DNA of 64,000 nucleotides from an uncultured delta proteobacterium (GTDB taxonomy: Bacteria; Desulfobacterota; Binatia; Binatales; Binataceae), in assembly GCA_963711565.1 (NCBI GenBank), contig CAVQEQ010000001.1:1248001-1312000 (forward strand). The letters are read 5' to 3'. Shown here in pieces: positions 1 to 8,059 of the stretch. The position numbers were made by a program, and so were the translations under genes. The notes under the pieces are model-generated. The model was not told where the DNA came from. It did not search any database and was given only the letters and a program-made list of their open reading frames with translations. Numbering within the stretch: the first letter of the stretch is position 1; every line of letters starts with the position of its first letter.

Positions 1-625
1 TCAGTACGTCGCCGCGATGCAGGATGCCGGTAGCCGGGCGCTGCTCCAGCGCCGGCCGCGAATAGAATACCATCTGCGTGCCGCGCATCGTAAACTCGTA
101 GTTGTGTTCTCTCGCGATCCGATGTAGGAACCCAAGGTCCGATTCCTGATTCTGCCGAAGGGCCATGAAACTCACGTCTGGGTTGACGGCCTCACCGCTG
201 ACCGAGAATCCGTGCGCGGTCGCGATGGTCCGCGCCGCTTGAAGGAGCGTTTGACCATCGTAAGCTGTGGACTTCGGGGTGCGTATCGCGGGCGTGATAT
301 ATGCCGCGATGCATCGCAGGTGCACTGCATCGGGCGCGCCCTTAAGCTCGACTTCATCGACCTGAAAAGATGGGCACGGCGCCAATCTCTCATTACGGTA
401 GCCCATCGAGACATCAACCAGATCGCCGCGCTGCGGAAACCACGGCCCCTGCCATCGCTTATCGCGATCCTCAAGCTCGATTTCCAAGTCAGGCGCCGCG
501 CCGCCGGCGTGCGACGTATAGATGATCGAGAGCACCATCTTTTCGATCGCGCCGGTAATCCCTACGCCTCGATAGCTGACTGTCCAGGCGGGCGCGCGGA
601 CCGCGTATGTAGTGACGCCTGCCAT
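1..625 (-). CDS. Phage late control D / baseplate hub-like protein (partial, runs off left edge)
   Basis: Not in the ORF track. Hand translation from ATG at 625 (TGATG overlap with the tape measure stop) gives MAGVTTYAVRAPAWTVSYRGVGITGAIEKMVLSIIYTSHAGGAAPDLEIELEDRDKRWQGPWFPQRGDLVDVSMGY...FQVDEVELKGAPD...QNQESDLGFLHRIAREHNY, a typical gpD pattern (Q..ESD..FL.R.A). Confidence 0.8.
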   Translation of the reverse strand, partial: MAGVTTYAVRAPAWTVSYRGVGITGAIEKMVLSIIYTSHAGGAAPDLEIELEDRDKRWQGPWFPQRGDLVDVSMGYRNERLAPCPSFQVDEVELKGAPDAVHLRCIAAYITPAIRTPKSTAYDGQTLLQAARTIATAHGFSVSGEAVNPDVSFMALRQNQESDLGFLHRIAREHNYEFTMRGTQMVFYSRPALEQRPATGILHRGDVL

Positions 626-2604
626 CATTCAAGATCGGTTCGACTCTTTTCAGCGAGTCGCCGCTCTACCGCTTTCACAAGTTCATAGCGATGCTTTTCA
701 AACGCCGCCACAACCATTTTCTCAAGCGCCGAAGTATCCGATCCGACTGGAGCATTGATCGTAATCGGGGCGTTGATGATGATTCCGCCGCTAGCGCCAG
801 GCACGCCCGCGGCCATCGCGCCGCCCGCGCCCGCCGCGACGATAGTCGTGCTCGCGATCGCGGCGGCCGCGGCCGTCCGCCGTATCGCGGCGATCACCGG
901 CGAAGGCCGGATATGCTCAGCAACCGTTTCCGCAATTGTGATGTGCTCGCCGAGATGGCTCAGCGGGCCGACTTTGGGCGGCGAATGCCCCTCGAAGTAG
1001 CCCAGGATTCCGCTGCCGATTTTCTCGCACGCGGCCTTGATCGAATCCCAATGCTTATAAATCTCGACGCCGATTAGTCCGAACGGCCCCGCGATTCCCA
1101 TCAGCACCGCTTCGCCAACGGTTTTGGCCCAGCCCATCGTCCAGTTGCCGACGCTGGTGAAGATACTCATCACGCCCGACCACAGACCGGAAAAGAAAGA
1201 CTTGATTCCCGACCAATGCTCGTAAATTTCGTAGCCGGCGACCGCGAGTGCAGCCGCGCCGACAACAACCAATCCCATCGGGCTGATCATCGCCCCCAAA
1301 ATCGTTGGGACGGCCTTCAAAATCGTCGGAACATAGCTCAGCGCCTTCATCGCGTTGCCGATACCGATGGTCGCCATGCCGAACGTCGAGAGCGCGGACG
1401 CTGCGCCGCTGAGGCCCACCCCGGCAACCGATAAACCGATAACCAGACCCTTGGTGGCCCACGAATATTTGTCGCTCGCCGCGGTCGCGCCCTGGATCAA
1501 AGTGGTCAGCTCTCCAAATTTGGTCGAAAACCACGGCAGCGCCGGCGACGCCATCGAGTCGTAGAGGTTGTCGAGATTCTGATGCATCTTATCGAGCTGA
1601 TCGGCCGCGTCGCCCGTTGCCGTCGTGAAACCAATGCCCAGCGCGCCAGCCGCACTCGCGCCTCTGCGTGCGGCTGCGGTAACCTTGTCCAGGCTGTCCA
1701 GATATTTGATCAGTCCGCCCGGATCGCCGATGCCCATCTCCTTCAGCGCTTCGATCTTCTCCATCGAGGGCATGGCCGCGAGGTTTTCGCGTAGCTGTGT
1801 CAGTCCGCCGATAATTCCTTTTTGCCAATCGACGCCGCTTTTACCGCTGTCAACCAGATCCTTAATCATCGAGGCGAACCTGATCGCGCCCCGTCCGCCG
1901 CCGCCGAACTGCTGGCTGGCTTCGCCGGCCAGTGCGAGCAACTCCGAAAATGAAGTATGGGTTTCCGCAGCCGTACCGCCCAACTGCCCTACCGCCTGGG
2001 CCAATTGCTGTGTGCTTTCTTTTCCAACGTTGAACTGCGTCGTCATTTTGAAAAATTGATCGCCCGCAGTCTGTGCATCGACGCCGAAATTGGTAGACGC
2101 AGCACCAAACAAGTTCGCCGCCGCCGCACCATCGACGCCGAACCTGGTGAGCATCGCCGCCGAGTCCTCAGCGGCCATGGCTTTGTTCGTATCCTGGAAG
2201 ATCGCGCGCATCCGCGTGAAGCCGGAGACCCACTCCTCGGCCGTGGCGCCCGCATGCGTACCTGAAAAAGCGACGGCATGTTCCTTCAGCTTCGCGAGTT
2301 CTCCACCGGCGAGGCCCGTCATCGCGGCCGTAGTCGCGAGCGATTTCTGCATCGCAAATGCGGGCTCGCTGATCGCGTCGCTCAGCTCGTGCAGATGGTC
2401 CGCGCCGTCCTTCATCAGAGCCGCGTCGAGCGAGATCCGCTCGCCGAACCTGGTCAGACCCTCCCCTGCCGCATCGATCTTGCCGGCAAACTCCTGAACT
2501 TTATCTCCGAGGTTCAGGAATCCGCCGCCGAACGAGCTGAGCTTGTCGCTCAGCTGATCGATCGCCTTGAACTCGACGCCATAGGTGATCATTTTGTCGG
2601 CCAT
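625..2604 (-). CDS. Phage tail tape measure protein
   Basis: 659 aa and Ala/Gly-rich. N-terminal F.AID..S motif, W-spaced repeats (IYEHWSGIKSFFSGLWSGV, IYKHWDSIK), and the HSPPKVGPLS motif typical of P2/Mu-type TMPs. Confidence 0.88.
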   Translation of the reverse strand: MADKMITYGVEFKAIDQLSDKLSSFGGGFLNLGDKVQEFAGKIDAAGEGLTRFGERISLDAALMKDGADHLHELSDAISEPAFAMQKSLATTAAMTGLAGGELAKLKEHAVAFSGTHAGATAEEWVSGFTRMRAIFQDTNKAMAAEDSAAMLTRFGVDGAAAANLFGAASTNFGVDAQTAGDQFFKMTTQFNVGKESTQQLAQAVGQLGGTAAETHTSFSELLALAGEASQQFGGGGRGAIRFASMIKDLVDSGKSGVDWQKGIIGGLTQLRENLAAMPSMEKIEALKEMGIGDPGGLIKYLDSLDKVTAAARRGASAAGALGIGFTTATGDAADQLDKMHQNLDNLYDSMASPALPWFSTKFGELTTLIQGATAASDKYSWATKGLVIGLSVAGVGLSGAASALSTFGMATIGIGNAMKALSYVPTILKAVPTILGAMISPMGLVVVGAAALAVAGYEIYEHWSGIKSFFSGLWSGVMSIFTSVGNWTMGWAKTVGEAVLMGIAGPFGLIGVEIYKHWDSIKAACEKIGSGILGYFEGHSPPKVGPLSHLGEHITIAETVAEHIRPSPVIAAIRRTAAAAAIASTTIVAAGAGGAMAAGVPGASGGIIINAPITINAPVGSDTSALEKMVVAAFEKHRYELVKAVERRLAEKSRTDLE

Positions 2605-2617
2605 CGGACTTTGACTC

Positions 2618-2908
2618 CTATCGGATCGCGTCCTTGCGGAACTCTTCGCGCATCGCGTGGAGCTGACGCGCCAACTCCGCGATCTCCTCGTCAGTCGGCA
2701 GACGCGACATCAGCCCATGCATTCCCTCTCGAAACACCTGAGCGTGGACCGCCTCAACTTCCGGCGAAAACTCCATCTCTCCGATCGCCTCGATCGTTCC
2801 GAGGATAAGATTCATCGGCCGGCGAAAGCCCGACTCGACGCGCGCCGCCATCTCGTCCATAACCTCGGCGAGCGGCCCATGATTTTTCTTTTTTCCCGGC
2901 TTCCCCAC
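2618..2908 (-). CDS. Hypothetical phage protein
   Basis: 96-aa ORF co-oriented with the operon, GAGG upstream, ends 13 bp before the TMP start. Confidence 0.55.
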   Translation of the reverse strand: MGKPGKKKNHGPLAEVMDEMAARVESGFRRPMNLILGTIEAIGEMEFSPEVEAVHAQVFREGMHGLMSRLPTDEEIAELARQLHAMREEFRKDAIR

Positions 2909-3143
2909 CCCTCACCTCGTCCTAGCCGTGATTCACGGCCACAGAGCGCGCCGCAAGCGCGGCGATCGCTATTCCTGAGAGTCCTTCAAACAAAGCGCGC
3001 GCGCTTTGCTGGCGGCCCGTGCCGCCCCGTTTCGTCGGCGCGGCGACCTCACACCCGTCGAAGCCGTTAGTAACGGGCACAGCGCCCGTCGCAAGCGCGG
3101 CGCGAGCCATCCGCGCCGCGAGTCTCCCTAAAGAAAATAAGGT

Positions 3144-3233
3144 GCTGGCGGCGCGTGCGACTACGGGAGGAGTTGTCCCGAAGCCGCCAGCCGCCCAAGG
3201 CGATGCGGTGATATGAGTCCGCACGCCGCCAGC
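3144..3233 (-). ncRNA. Candidate structured RNA module 1 (four-way junction)
   Basis: Closing stem GCTGGCGGCG/CGCCGCCAGC with three internal hairpins. Near-duplicate of 3253-3339 with compensatory changes. Confidence 0.5.
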
Positions 3234-3252
3234 GAGTCGAATGTGAGGAAAT

Positions 3253-3339
3253 GCTGGCGGCGCGGGCGACTTTGGAGGAGTAGTCCAAAGTCCATCCGCC
3301 GCCCAAGGCGATGCAGTGACACCTCCGCATGCCGCCAGC
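3253..3339 (-). ncRNA. Candidate structured RNA module 2 (four-way junction)
   Basis: Same closing stem and internal hairpins as 3144-3233. Stem CGGGA/TCCCG is replaced by TTGGA/TCCAA with pairing kept. Confidence 0.5.
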
Positions 3340-3567
3340 GAGTCTAAAAACAGATGCGCGCGCCGCCGGCGAACCGGAACGTCGGACGGCGCGCTCAGCG
3401 CGCCGCGACCTTTCGACGCGCGCAAGATTGGGATGCCGGCGGGAAGATGAGATGCGCAGCGCCGACGGCATTGCACCATGCGCCACGTATCGCGAGGCGG
3501 AGAACCTACTACTAGAACCCCCCCCGCATCCCGCCGGCAAGCAAATCATTTTTTTGCGGCGTTCCGA

Positions 3568-3975
3568 CTACGGCAGTTCCAGAATGACCAGGCCCGTTTG
3601 CGTATCCGGCGTGCAGCTCGCGCTCGCCGTGATGAAGCTGTACGGACCGCTCGGAACGATCGAATCGTGAACGTCCCAACTCTTCGATGCGCCTGCCGCC
3701 AATAAATAGCCCTGGCCGAACACCGCCGCAGTGCCGCGAAACTGAATGGTCACAGCGCTCGCGCACTGGTTCTGAATCTCCAGATGCTCCACGAATTGAG
3801 GCTGCGAAAGCGACGAATTAACTGAGACGGCGGTCGCGCTGGCCGCGATCGGCGTGTACACGCCAGTCGTCAGCGCAGTCGGATTTGCGAAAGCAAATGC
3901 TTGAGCTGCCGAGAGCAGCATCGCCGCTACTACTGCGAAAACTGTTTTCCTCATCCTCATCCCCATCATCCTCAC
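3568..3975 (-). CDS. Secreted beta-rich hypothetical protein
   Basis: Signal peptide (RKTVFAVVAAMLLSAAQAFA), two Cys, beta-strand-rich mature part. Confidence 0.65.
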   Translation of the reverse strand: MRMMGMRMRKTVFAVVAAMLLSAAQAFAFANPTALTTGVYTPIAASATAVSVNSSLSQPQFVEHLEIQNQCASAVTIQFRGTAAVFGQGYLLAAGASKSWDVHDSIVPSGPYSFITASASCTPDTQTGLVILELP

Positions 3976-4014
3976 TTTATTGCCGCCGATTTTTCTGGCG
4001 GAGTTTTCAGACCG

Positions 4015-4500
4015 TCAAACTTTGCGACCCTCGCGATCGTCGCGTTCCGGGTAGGGCGGCACCATTCGTTCCAGGAGCTGCATGACATAGAGCGCTCCGT
4101 CGAGAAGCCGATCGTACATCTCGCCGTCGTCGCTATTAGTGTCGCAGTCCTTCAGTGCGGAGATGGCTGCGTCTCGAAGTTCGAGATCCGAAGCGCTTTC
4201 CGCAAACTTGGGATCGGCGTCATAGGCGGCCTTGTGCGCGCGATCAACTTCCTGATGCGATAGAGATAGTCCCGGTTTACCCACACTCGCCCGCGCGGTC
4301 TCCCCGCCAGACTGTCGAGCGAGCGCCGCGGCAAATGCGCGACGGCCTATGCCGAAAGACCGCGCTACGGCCAATTCATCTCGCGTCAAGCCGTGGGTAT
4401 TTTCTGATCGCGAGAGGCGCGCGACCCTCGTCGCTAGCTGTTCGGGCGGGATTCCGAAGGTCGCCGCGATCTTCTTTTGGTCCGCGGTAAGAGTACTCAT
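4015..4500 (-). CDS. Hypothetical protein with two Mu scaffold-like (LT..E..VA..FGI) motifs
   Basis: AGGAG RBS before ATG at 4500. Motifs LTADQKKIAATFGIPPEQL and LTRDELAVARSFGIGRRAF. Confidence 0.65.
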   Translation of the reverse strand: MSTLTADQKKIAATFGIPPEQLATRVARLSRSENTHGLTRDELAVARSFGIGRRAFAAALARQSGGETARASVGKPGLSLSHQEVDRAHKAAYDADPKFAESASDLELRDAAISALKDCDTNSDDGEMYDRLLDGALYVMQLLERMVPPYPERDDREGRKV

Positions 4501-4628
4501 CAAATTCTCCTGATTGCGGCTGCCCCGAGCCGTCCTCGTTTCATGGGCTGTCAGCGGACTGAGGACTCCGTCGTAACAGGTCTCGATCTCATCTGGCCGA
4601 AATTCCCTCATCTCTCAAAATTCCGCGC

Positions 4629-5249
4629 TTACCACTGGCGGTGATGCGTGCCCTCGCCGCGCTCGCGCCGAGCGTCGTTATCCCGTTCGTGCTGAATCGC
4701 CGCGGCTTCCCGTTTTTCGAGCCCTTCGATGTGCGCGTTGGTCAGGATGCCGGGAACCTCTCTGCGCGTGACTTCGCGGTCGCCCAGCTTCACGGAAGAG
4801 ACCCGAATAGCGCTGATCCGATCTCCATCTCGGAAAAACTTCTTGAGCCCGTCGATCTCCTCTGCGGTCCAACTCGCCTGCTGAAATACAGGATGAGTTC
4901 GATACAACTCTTCCTGGAAGCTGGGCGCCTTTTCCGGGATGCTCAGTCGCCGGCAAGCCTCTTCCATCTCGAAGACCTTGCTCCGAAGGGTGTTTAGATC
5001 GGCACCGTTTCGGATCAGATCGTCGATCATCTTTGAGTGCGAAGCCATGTTGCCCACGGCGGCGCGTTCCCGCTCAGAAGTCGGAAACTTCAGCGCCGCG
5101 ATGCGCGCCCGCGCCGCTTTGACGATCTCGATCGGATCGCGCGCTTGTCGGAGCCGCTCAGTTGCTTCATCGCAATCCGTCGCCATCGCCTTGACCAGAG
5201 TTCCGTTCTCCGGAGCCTGAGCCTCGTTGTTCTCTTCCGCCGCCTTCAT
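4629..5249 (-). CDS. Hypothetical phage protein
   Basis: 206-aa ORF, ATGA overlap with the upstream GemA stop, GAGG RBS. Confidence 0.65.
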   Translation of the reverse strand: MKAAEENNEAQAPENGTLVKAMATDCDEATERLRQARDPIEIVKAARARIAALKFPTSERERAAVGNMASHSKMIDDLIRNGADLNTLRSKVFEMEEACRRLSIPEKAPSFQEELYRTHPVFQQASWTAEEIDGLKKFFRDGDRISAIRVSSVKLGDREVTRREVPGILTNAHIEGLEKREAAAIQHERDNDARRERGEGTHHRQW

Positions 5250-6115
5250 AGGTCACCTCTCGTCGAATTTTTATTCCGCGGGCCGCGAACCGCGCCCGGA
5301 GTTTCTGTCTCGTCCGCGTCGGCCTTCAACGCCGAGCGCATGCCTTCTGCGATCGTCCGATCCACTTCCGCGACGCGCCCGACGAGCCAAAACAGCTCGC
5401 CCCGAACCTTCTTAAAGTCCCATTTCAAAAGAGCTTGCCGGGCTCTCTCCCCAAACTCGCGCACCAGGTCCGCGACTTGCGCCGCGATCTGCGCGTCGGC
5501 GAAATTCTGCGCGTCGAGAAGCACCAGGACGTTGCGGATTCCCTCGATCGGAGTCCCGGCTTCACCGACCAGGCGCATCGCGTCGAATACGCCGGCCTTC
5601 ACGATCGCGCTCGCGGGGATCGCGACCGCGGCCGGCTGGTTCTCCGCGATCGGGTGTTTGATCAGCCACTTTTTGCGCCAGCCCTTGAGCGCTTCGATCA
5701 CCTTGTTCGCATCAGTCGCGTCGAGCCACTGAAGCCTCTCGACGCCGGTGATTTTCCGCACGAATTTTTGCAGCCATCGTCCGGTCGAATTGGCCTTGAC
5801 CGCGCCGACGCGCTCCAGCTCATATGCACAAACGAGCAATTTCTTGAGATGCTGCGCGCCCGGAGATTTCGGATCGATGCGAATCCAATCGTCCTCGCGA
5901 GCGCGCGGCGGTGCCGAGTTAAATCCCTTGCGCGCAAATTCGTCGAGCAGCGCGCGTCGCTCCGCCTCTGTCATGTTCGCCGACGAATCGGTGCGCCCTT
6001 TCGTGATACGCTCGATCATCATGCGATACGCTTCATCGTCCAGGCAGAGCTGTTTTTTCGCGAGATGAATCTTCGCGAGTTCAGCCTGTCGGATTTTCTG
6101 CGGCGGCGTTCTCAT
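5246..6115 (-). CDS. gemA: GemA-like (Mu gp16/DUF1018) regulatory protein with C-terminal extension
   Basis: LAKIHLAKKQLCLDDEAYRMMIERITKGRTDSSANMT...FVRKITGVERLQWL...ANKVIEALKGW is the gp16/GemA signature. Start coupled to the AlpA-like stop. Confidence 0.85.
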   Translation of the reverse strand: MRTPPQKIRQAELAKIHLAKKQLCLDDEAYRMMIERITKGRTDSSANMTEAERRALLDEFARKGFNSAPPRAREDDWIRIDPKSPGAQHLKKLLVCAYELERVGAVKANSTGRWLQKFVRKITGVERLQWLDATDANKVIEALKGWRKKWLIKHPIAENQPAAVAIPASAIVKAGVFDAMRLVGEAGTPIEGIRNVLVLLDAQNFADAQIAAQVADLVREFGERARQALLKWDFKKVRGELFWLVGRVAEVDRTIAEGMRSALKADADETETPGAVRGPRNKNSTRGDL

Positions 6116-6363
6116 CACGGTTCTGAATCCTTGACCTGCTTGATCGTCGCTCCCGTCACTTCCCGCTCCGCCAGCCAAGCCAACACGCGCGCGCGCGAAT
6201 ATCGGACCACTGCTTTCGAGACCTGGAAGTAAGGCGGCCCCGATCCCTCGCGCCGCATACGCTTGAATGTTTCGTCCGCAACCCCTATGAGCCGCGCGCA
6301 CTCTTCCTGGGAAATGATCTCATCATTGAGCGATAGCGCCGGTCTGTTTGTTTCGTCCGACAT
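6115..6363 (-). CDS. AlpA/excisionase-like HTH DNA-binding protein
   Basis: IISQEECARLIGVADETFKRMRREGSGPPYFQVSKAVVRYSRARVLAWL is a HTH_17/AlpA pattern. Confidence 0.8.
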   Translation of the reverse strand: MSDETNRPALSLNDEIISQEECARLIGVADETFKRMRREGSGPPYFQVSKAVVRYSRARVLAWLAEREVTGATIKQVKDSEP

Positions 6364-6891
6364 TTAGCTCTTTGCCGTTTTCCGCGTTCGCGCGGCTACC
6401 CTCGGGCATGTCGTTTCCAGCAGCGCCAATGCGATCGATGCGCGTAGAATCAATTCCCCGCAAAGCTCCGATGATGGGACTTCGTCCTCGCCCACATGCC
6501 ACGTTAAGGCAGCACAACCCTCGATATATCGCGATCCGAGAGCGGTGGTCGGTGCGTTCCCAATCTCATAGAGGTTACGACTACAGTTTTCGTGAACTGA
6601 GAAGACCATTTCTTCTAAGAGCCGGCGCAGCTTGCTAAAAGCGTCGGTGGTATTCTGAGATGCCTTTCCGATCGAAATCGTGATCTGATCGCGCGCTGGG
6701 CACCATTGGTCTATGTGCCGAAAATGCCTCGCCGATCTGAGCACCGGCCATGCCGTCGCCCAAACGTCATCGTATTTGGCGCGAGCGACGATGAACGCTT
6801 GGAGCGCGGACCGCACTTTGCCGATAGTCGCCGGATCTAAAATGCTTTCCGGTTTGAAGAGCGGGGTTGTTTTTTGCTCGGCTTTTTTCAC
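6364..6891 (-). CDS. Hypothetical phage protein
   Basis: Likely GTG start at 6891 after GAGGAGG, overlapping the upstream stop. Abuts the AlpA-like start. Confidence 0.6.
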   Translation of the reverse strand: MKKAEQKTTPLFKPESILDPATIGKVRSALQAFIVARAKYDDVWATAWPVLRSARHFRHIDQWCPARDQITISIGKASQNTTDAFSKLRRLLEEMVFSVHENCSRNLYEIGNAPTTALGSRYIEGCAALTWHVGEDEVPSSELCGELILRASIALALLETTCPRVAARTRKTAKS

Positions 6892-7319
6892 GGCTGTCCT
6901 CCTCTCTGACGTTCCACGAACGCGCCCAATCGAGCGAGCCGTTTGTCGCATGAGACAATTTGTGCCGCGCACTCCGCGCGCAGATCGCGCAGCGCGGAGA
7001 TTTCTAAATTCGGGTCAAGCGTGAGCCCCTTCCTGCCAACCCTCGGAGCAAAAGGTCCGGTGTTGCGGATCAGCGCATAGACGCTGCCATCGCAGCCGCG
7101 CGCATGCTCGGCAACTCTCAGATAACCCGCGCGCGTCAAGTCCTGGAGGAAGCGCTCAGCCGCCTTGCGCCCCGCGATCTCGGCGACTTGAATCAGATCG
7201 CGAATGTGGAACTGCCGAAGGATGCGCATCGCGCGCCACATTCGTTCGCGCGCGGCGCTCGGCGCGCCGGCGAGATTCACGCCGGCGCCGCGTCCACGTT
7301 TATTTTTGACGGTTTCCAT
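6888..7319 (-). CDS. Winged-helix protein conserved downstream of the ATPase in B3/BcepMu-like transposable phages
   Basis: RERMWRAMRILRQF...YLQ-like...LTRAGYL...YALIRNTGPFAP motif; coupled to the ATPase stop. Confidence 0.7.
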   Translation of the reverse strand: METVKNKRGRGAGVNLAGAPSAARERMWRAMRILRQFHIRDLIQVAEIAGRKAAERFLQDLTRAGYLRVAEHARGCDGSVYALIRNTGPFAPRVGRKGLTLDPNLEISALRDLRAECAAQIVSCDKRLARLGAFVERQRGGQP

Positions 7320-8059
7320 CAGGCCGCCGCCGCCGCGAGATCAGCGCGCCGGTTGACTGGCGGCGGCGTCGAATCGTCCATCGGATAATCCGCCAGCGCG
7401 ATCTGCTTGAGCGCCCGCCTGCGGCAGAACGCTTCCACCGCCGCCAGCTCCTTGACGAACAGTCCGGCCGATCCGCGCGTCTTTTTGTGAAGCGCCTCGA
7501 TCAGGTCATCGCCGAGCCGCACTTCGGCCAGCTCGGTCGCGAGCAGCCTGCTATCGTCGAGCGTGGAACTCTTAAATTCTACTTCGCGGAGTATCCGCCG
7601 CTCGATTTGCTCACGCCGCTTTATTTTTCCGCGAAATTCCGCGGTACCGCCAATGAGGACAAGCGGAATCGCCGTCATGTCGTGAATGGCGCGCAGAGTC
7701 TCGACGAGATCCTTTTTCTCTACGATCCCGTCGGCTTCATCGACATAAATCGGCCGCGGCAGATCCGTCAGGCCGCGCACGATTGTCTCGTACATCGGCC
7801 GCAGTTCCCGCGATGGCTTTTCGCCCATCTCGCGGCAAATGTCGCTGAGCATCCAGCGCGGATTCCACAAATGAAGTGCCGTCAGAAAGATCGCGCCCTG
7901 CTTCAGAGCCTGATGCGCAGCGATGCAGGTCTTTCCTCTTCCGCTTCCGCTGCTATGAATCAGGATGATGCCCGGTAGCGATGGATCGCGCGCGATCGCC
8001 GCGGCGATGGCACCGATTCCCGCCTTGTAATTACTCGTCGCACAGATTTTTACCCGCAT
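7319..8059 (-). CDS. MuB-like AAA+ transposition ATPase
   Basis: Walker A (SGSGRGKT), Walker B (IYVDEAD), ETLRAIHD..IPLVLIG; directly after the transposase. Confidence 0.88.
   Translation of the reverse strand: MRVKICATSNYKAGIGAIAAAIARDPSLPGIILIHSSGSGRGKTCIAAHQALKQGAIFLTALHLWNPRWMLSDICREMGEKPSRELRPMYETIVRGLTDLPRPIYVDEADGIVEKKDLVETLRAIHDMTAIPLVLIGGTAEFRGKIKRREQIERRILREVEFKSSTLDDSRLLATELAEVRLGDDLIEALHKKTRGSAGLFVKELAAVEAFCRRRALKQIALADYPMDDSTPPPVNRRADLAAAAA

Noticed and set aside
3144-3339. tRNA genes
   Set aside because: Cloverleaf-like, but there is no GTTCRA T-loop, no D-loop GG, no 7-nt anticodon loop in the right arm, and the closing stem is 9-10 bp.
3949-3975. ATGAGG-like microrepeat giving MRMMGMRMRK
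   Set aside because: Too short and degenerate for a contingency locus. It mainly makes the start codon ambiguous.
4501-4628. Possible hammerhead ribozyme (CTGA...GAAAC inside a GTCCTC/GAGGAC stem on the minus strand)
   Set aside because: The core reads CTGACAG, not CTGANGA, and no stem II can be formed.
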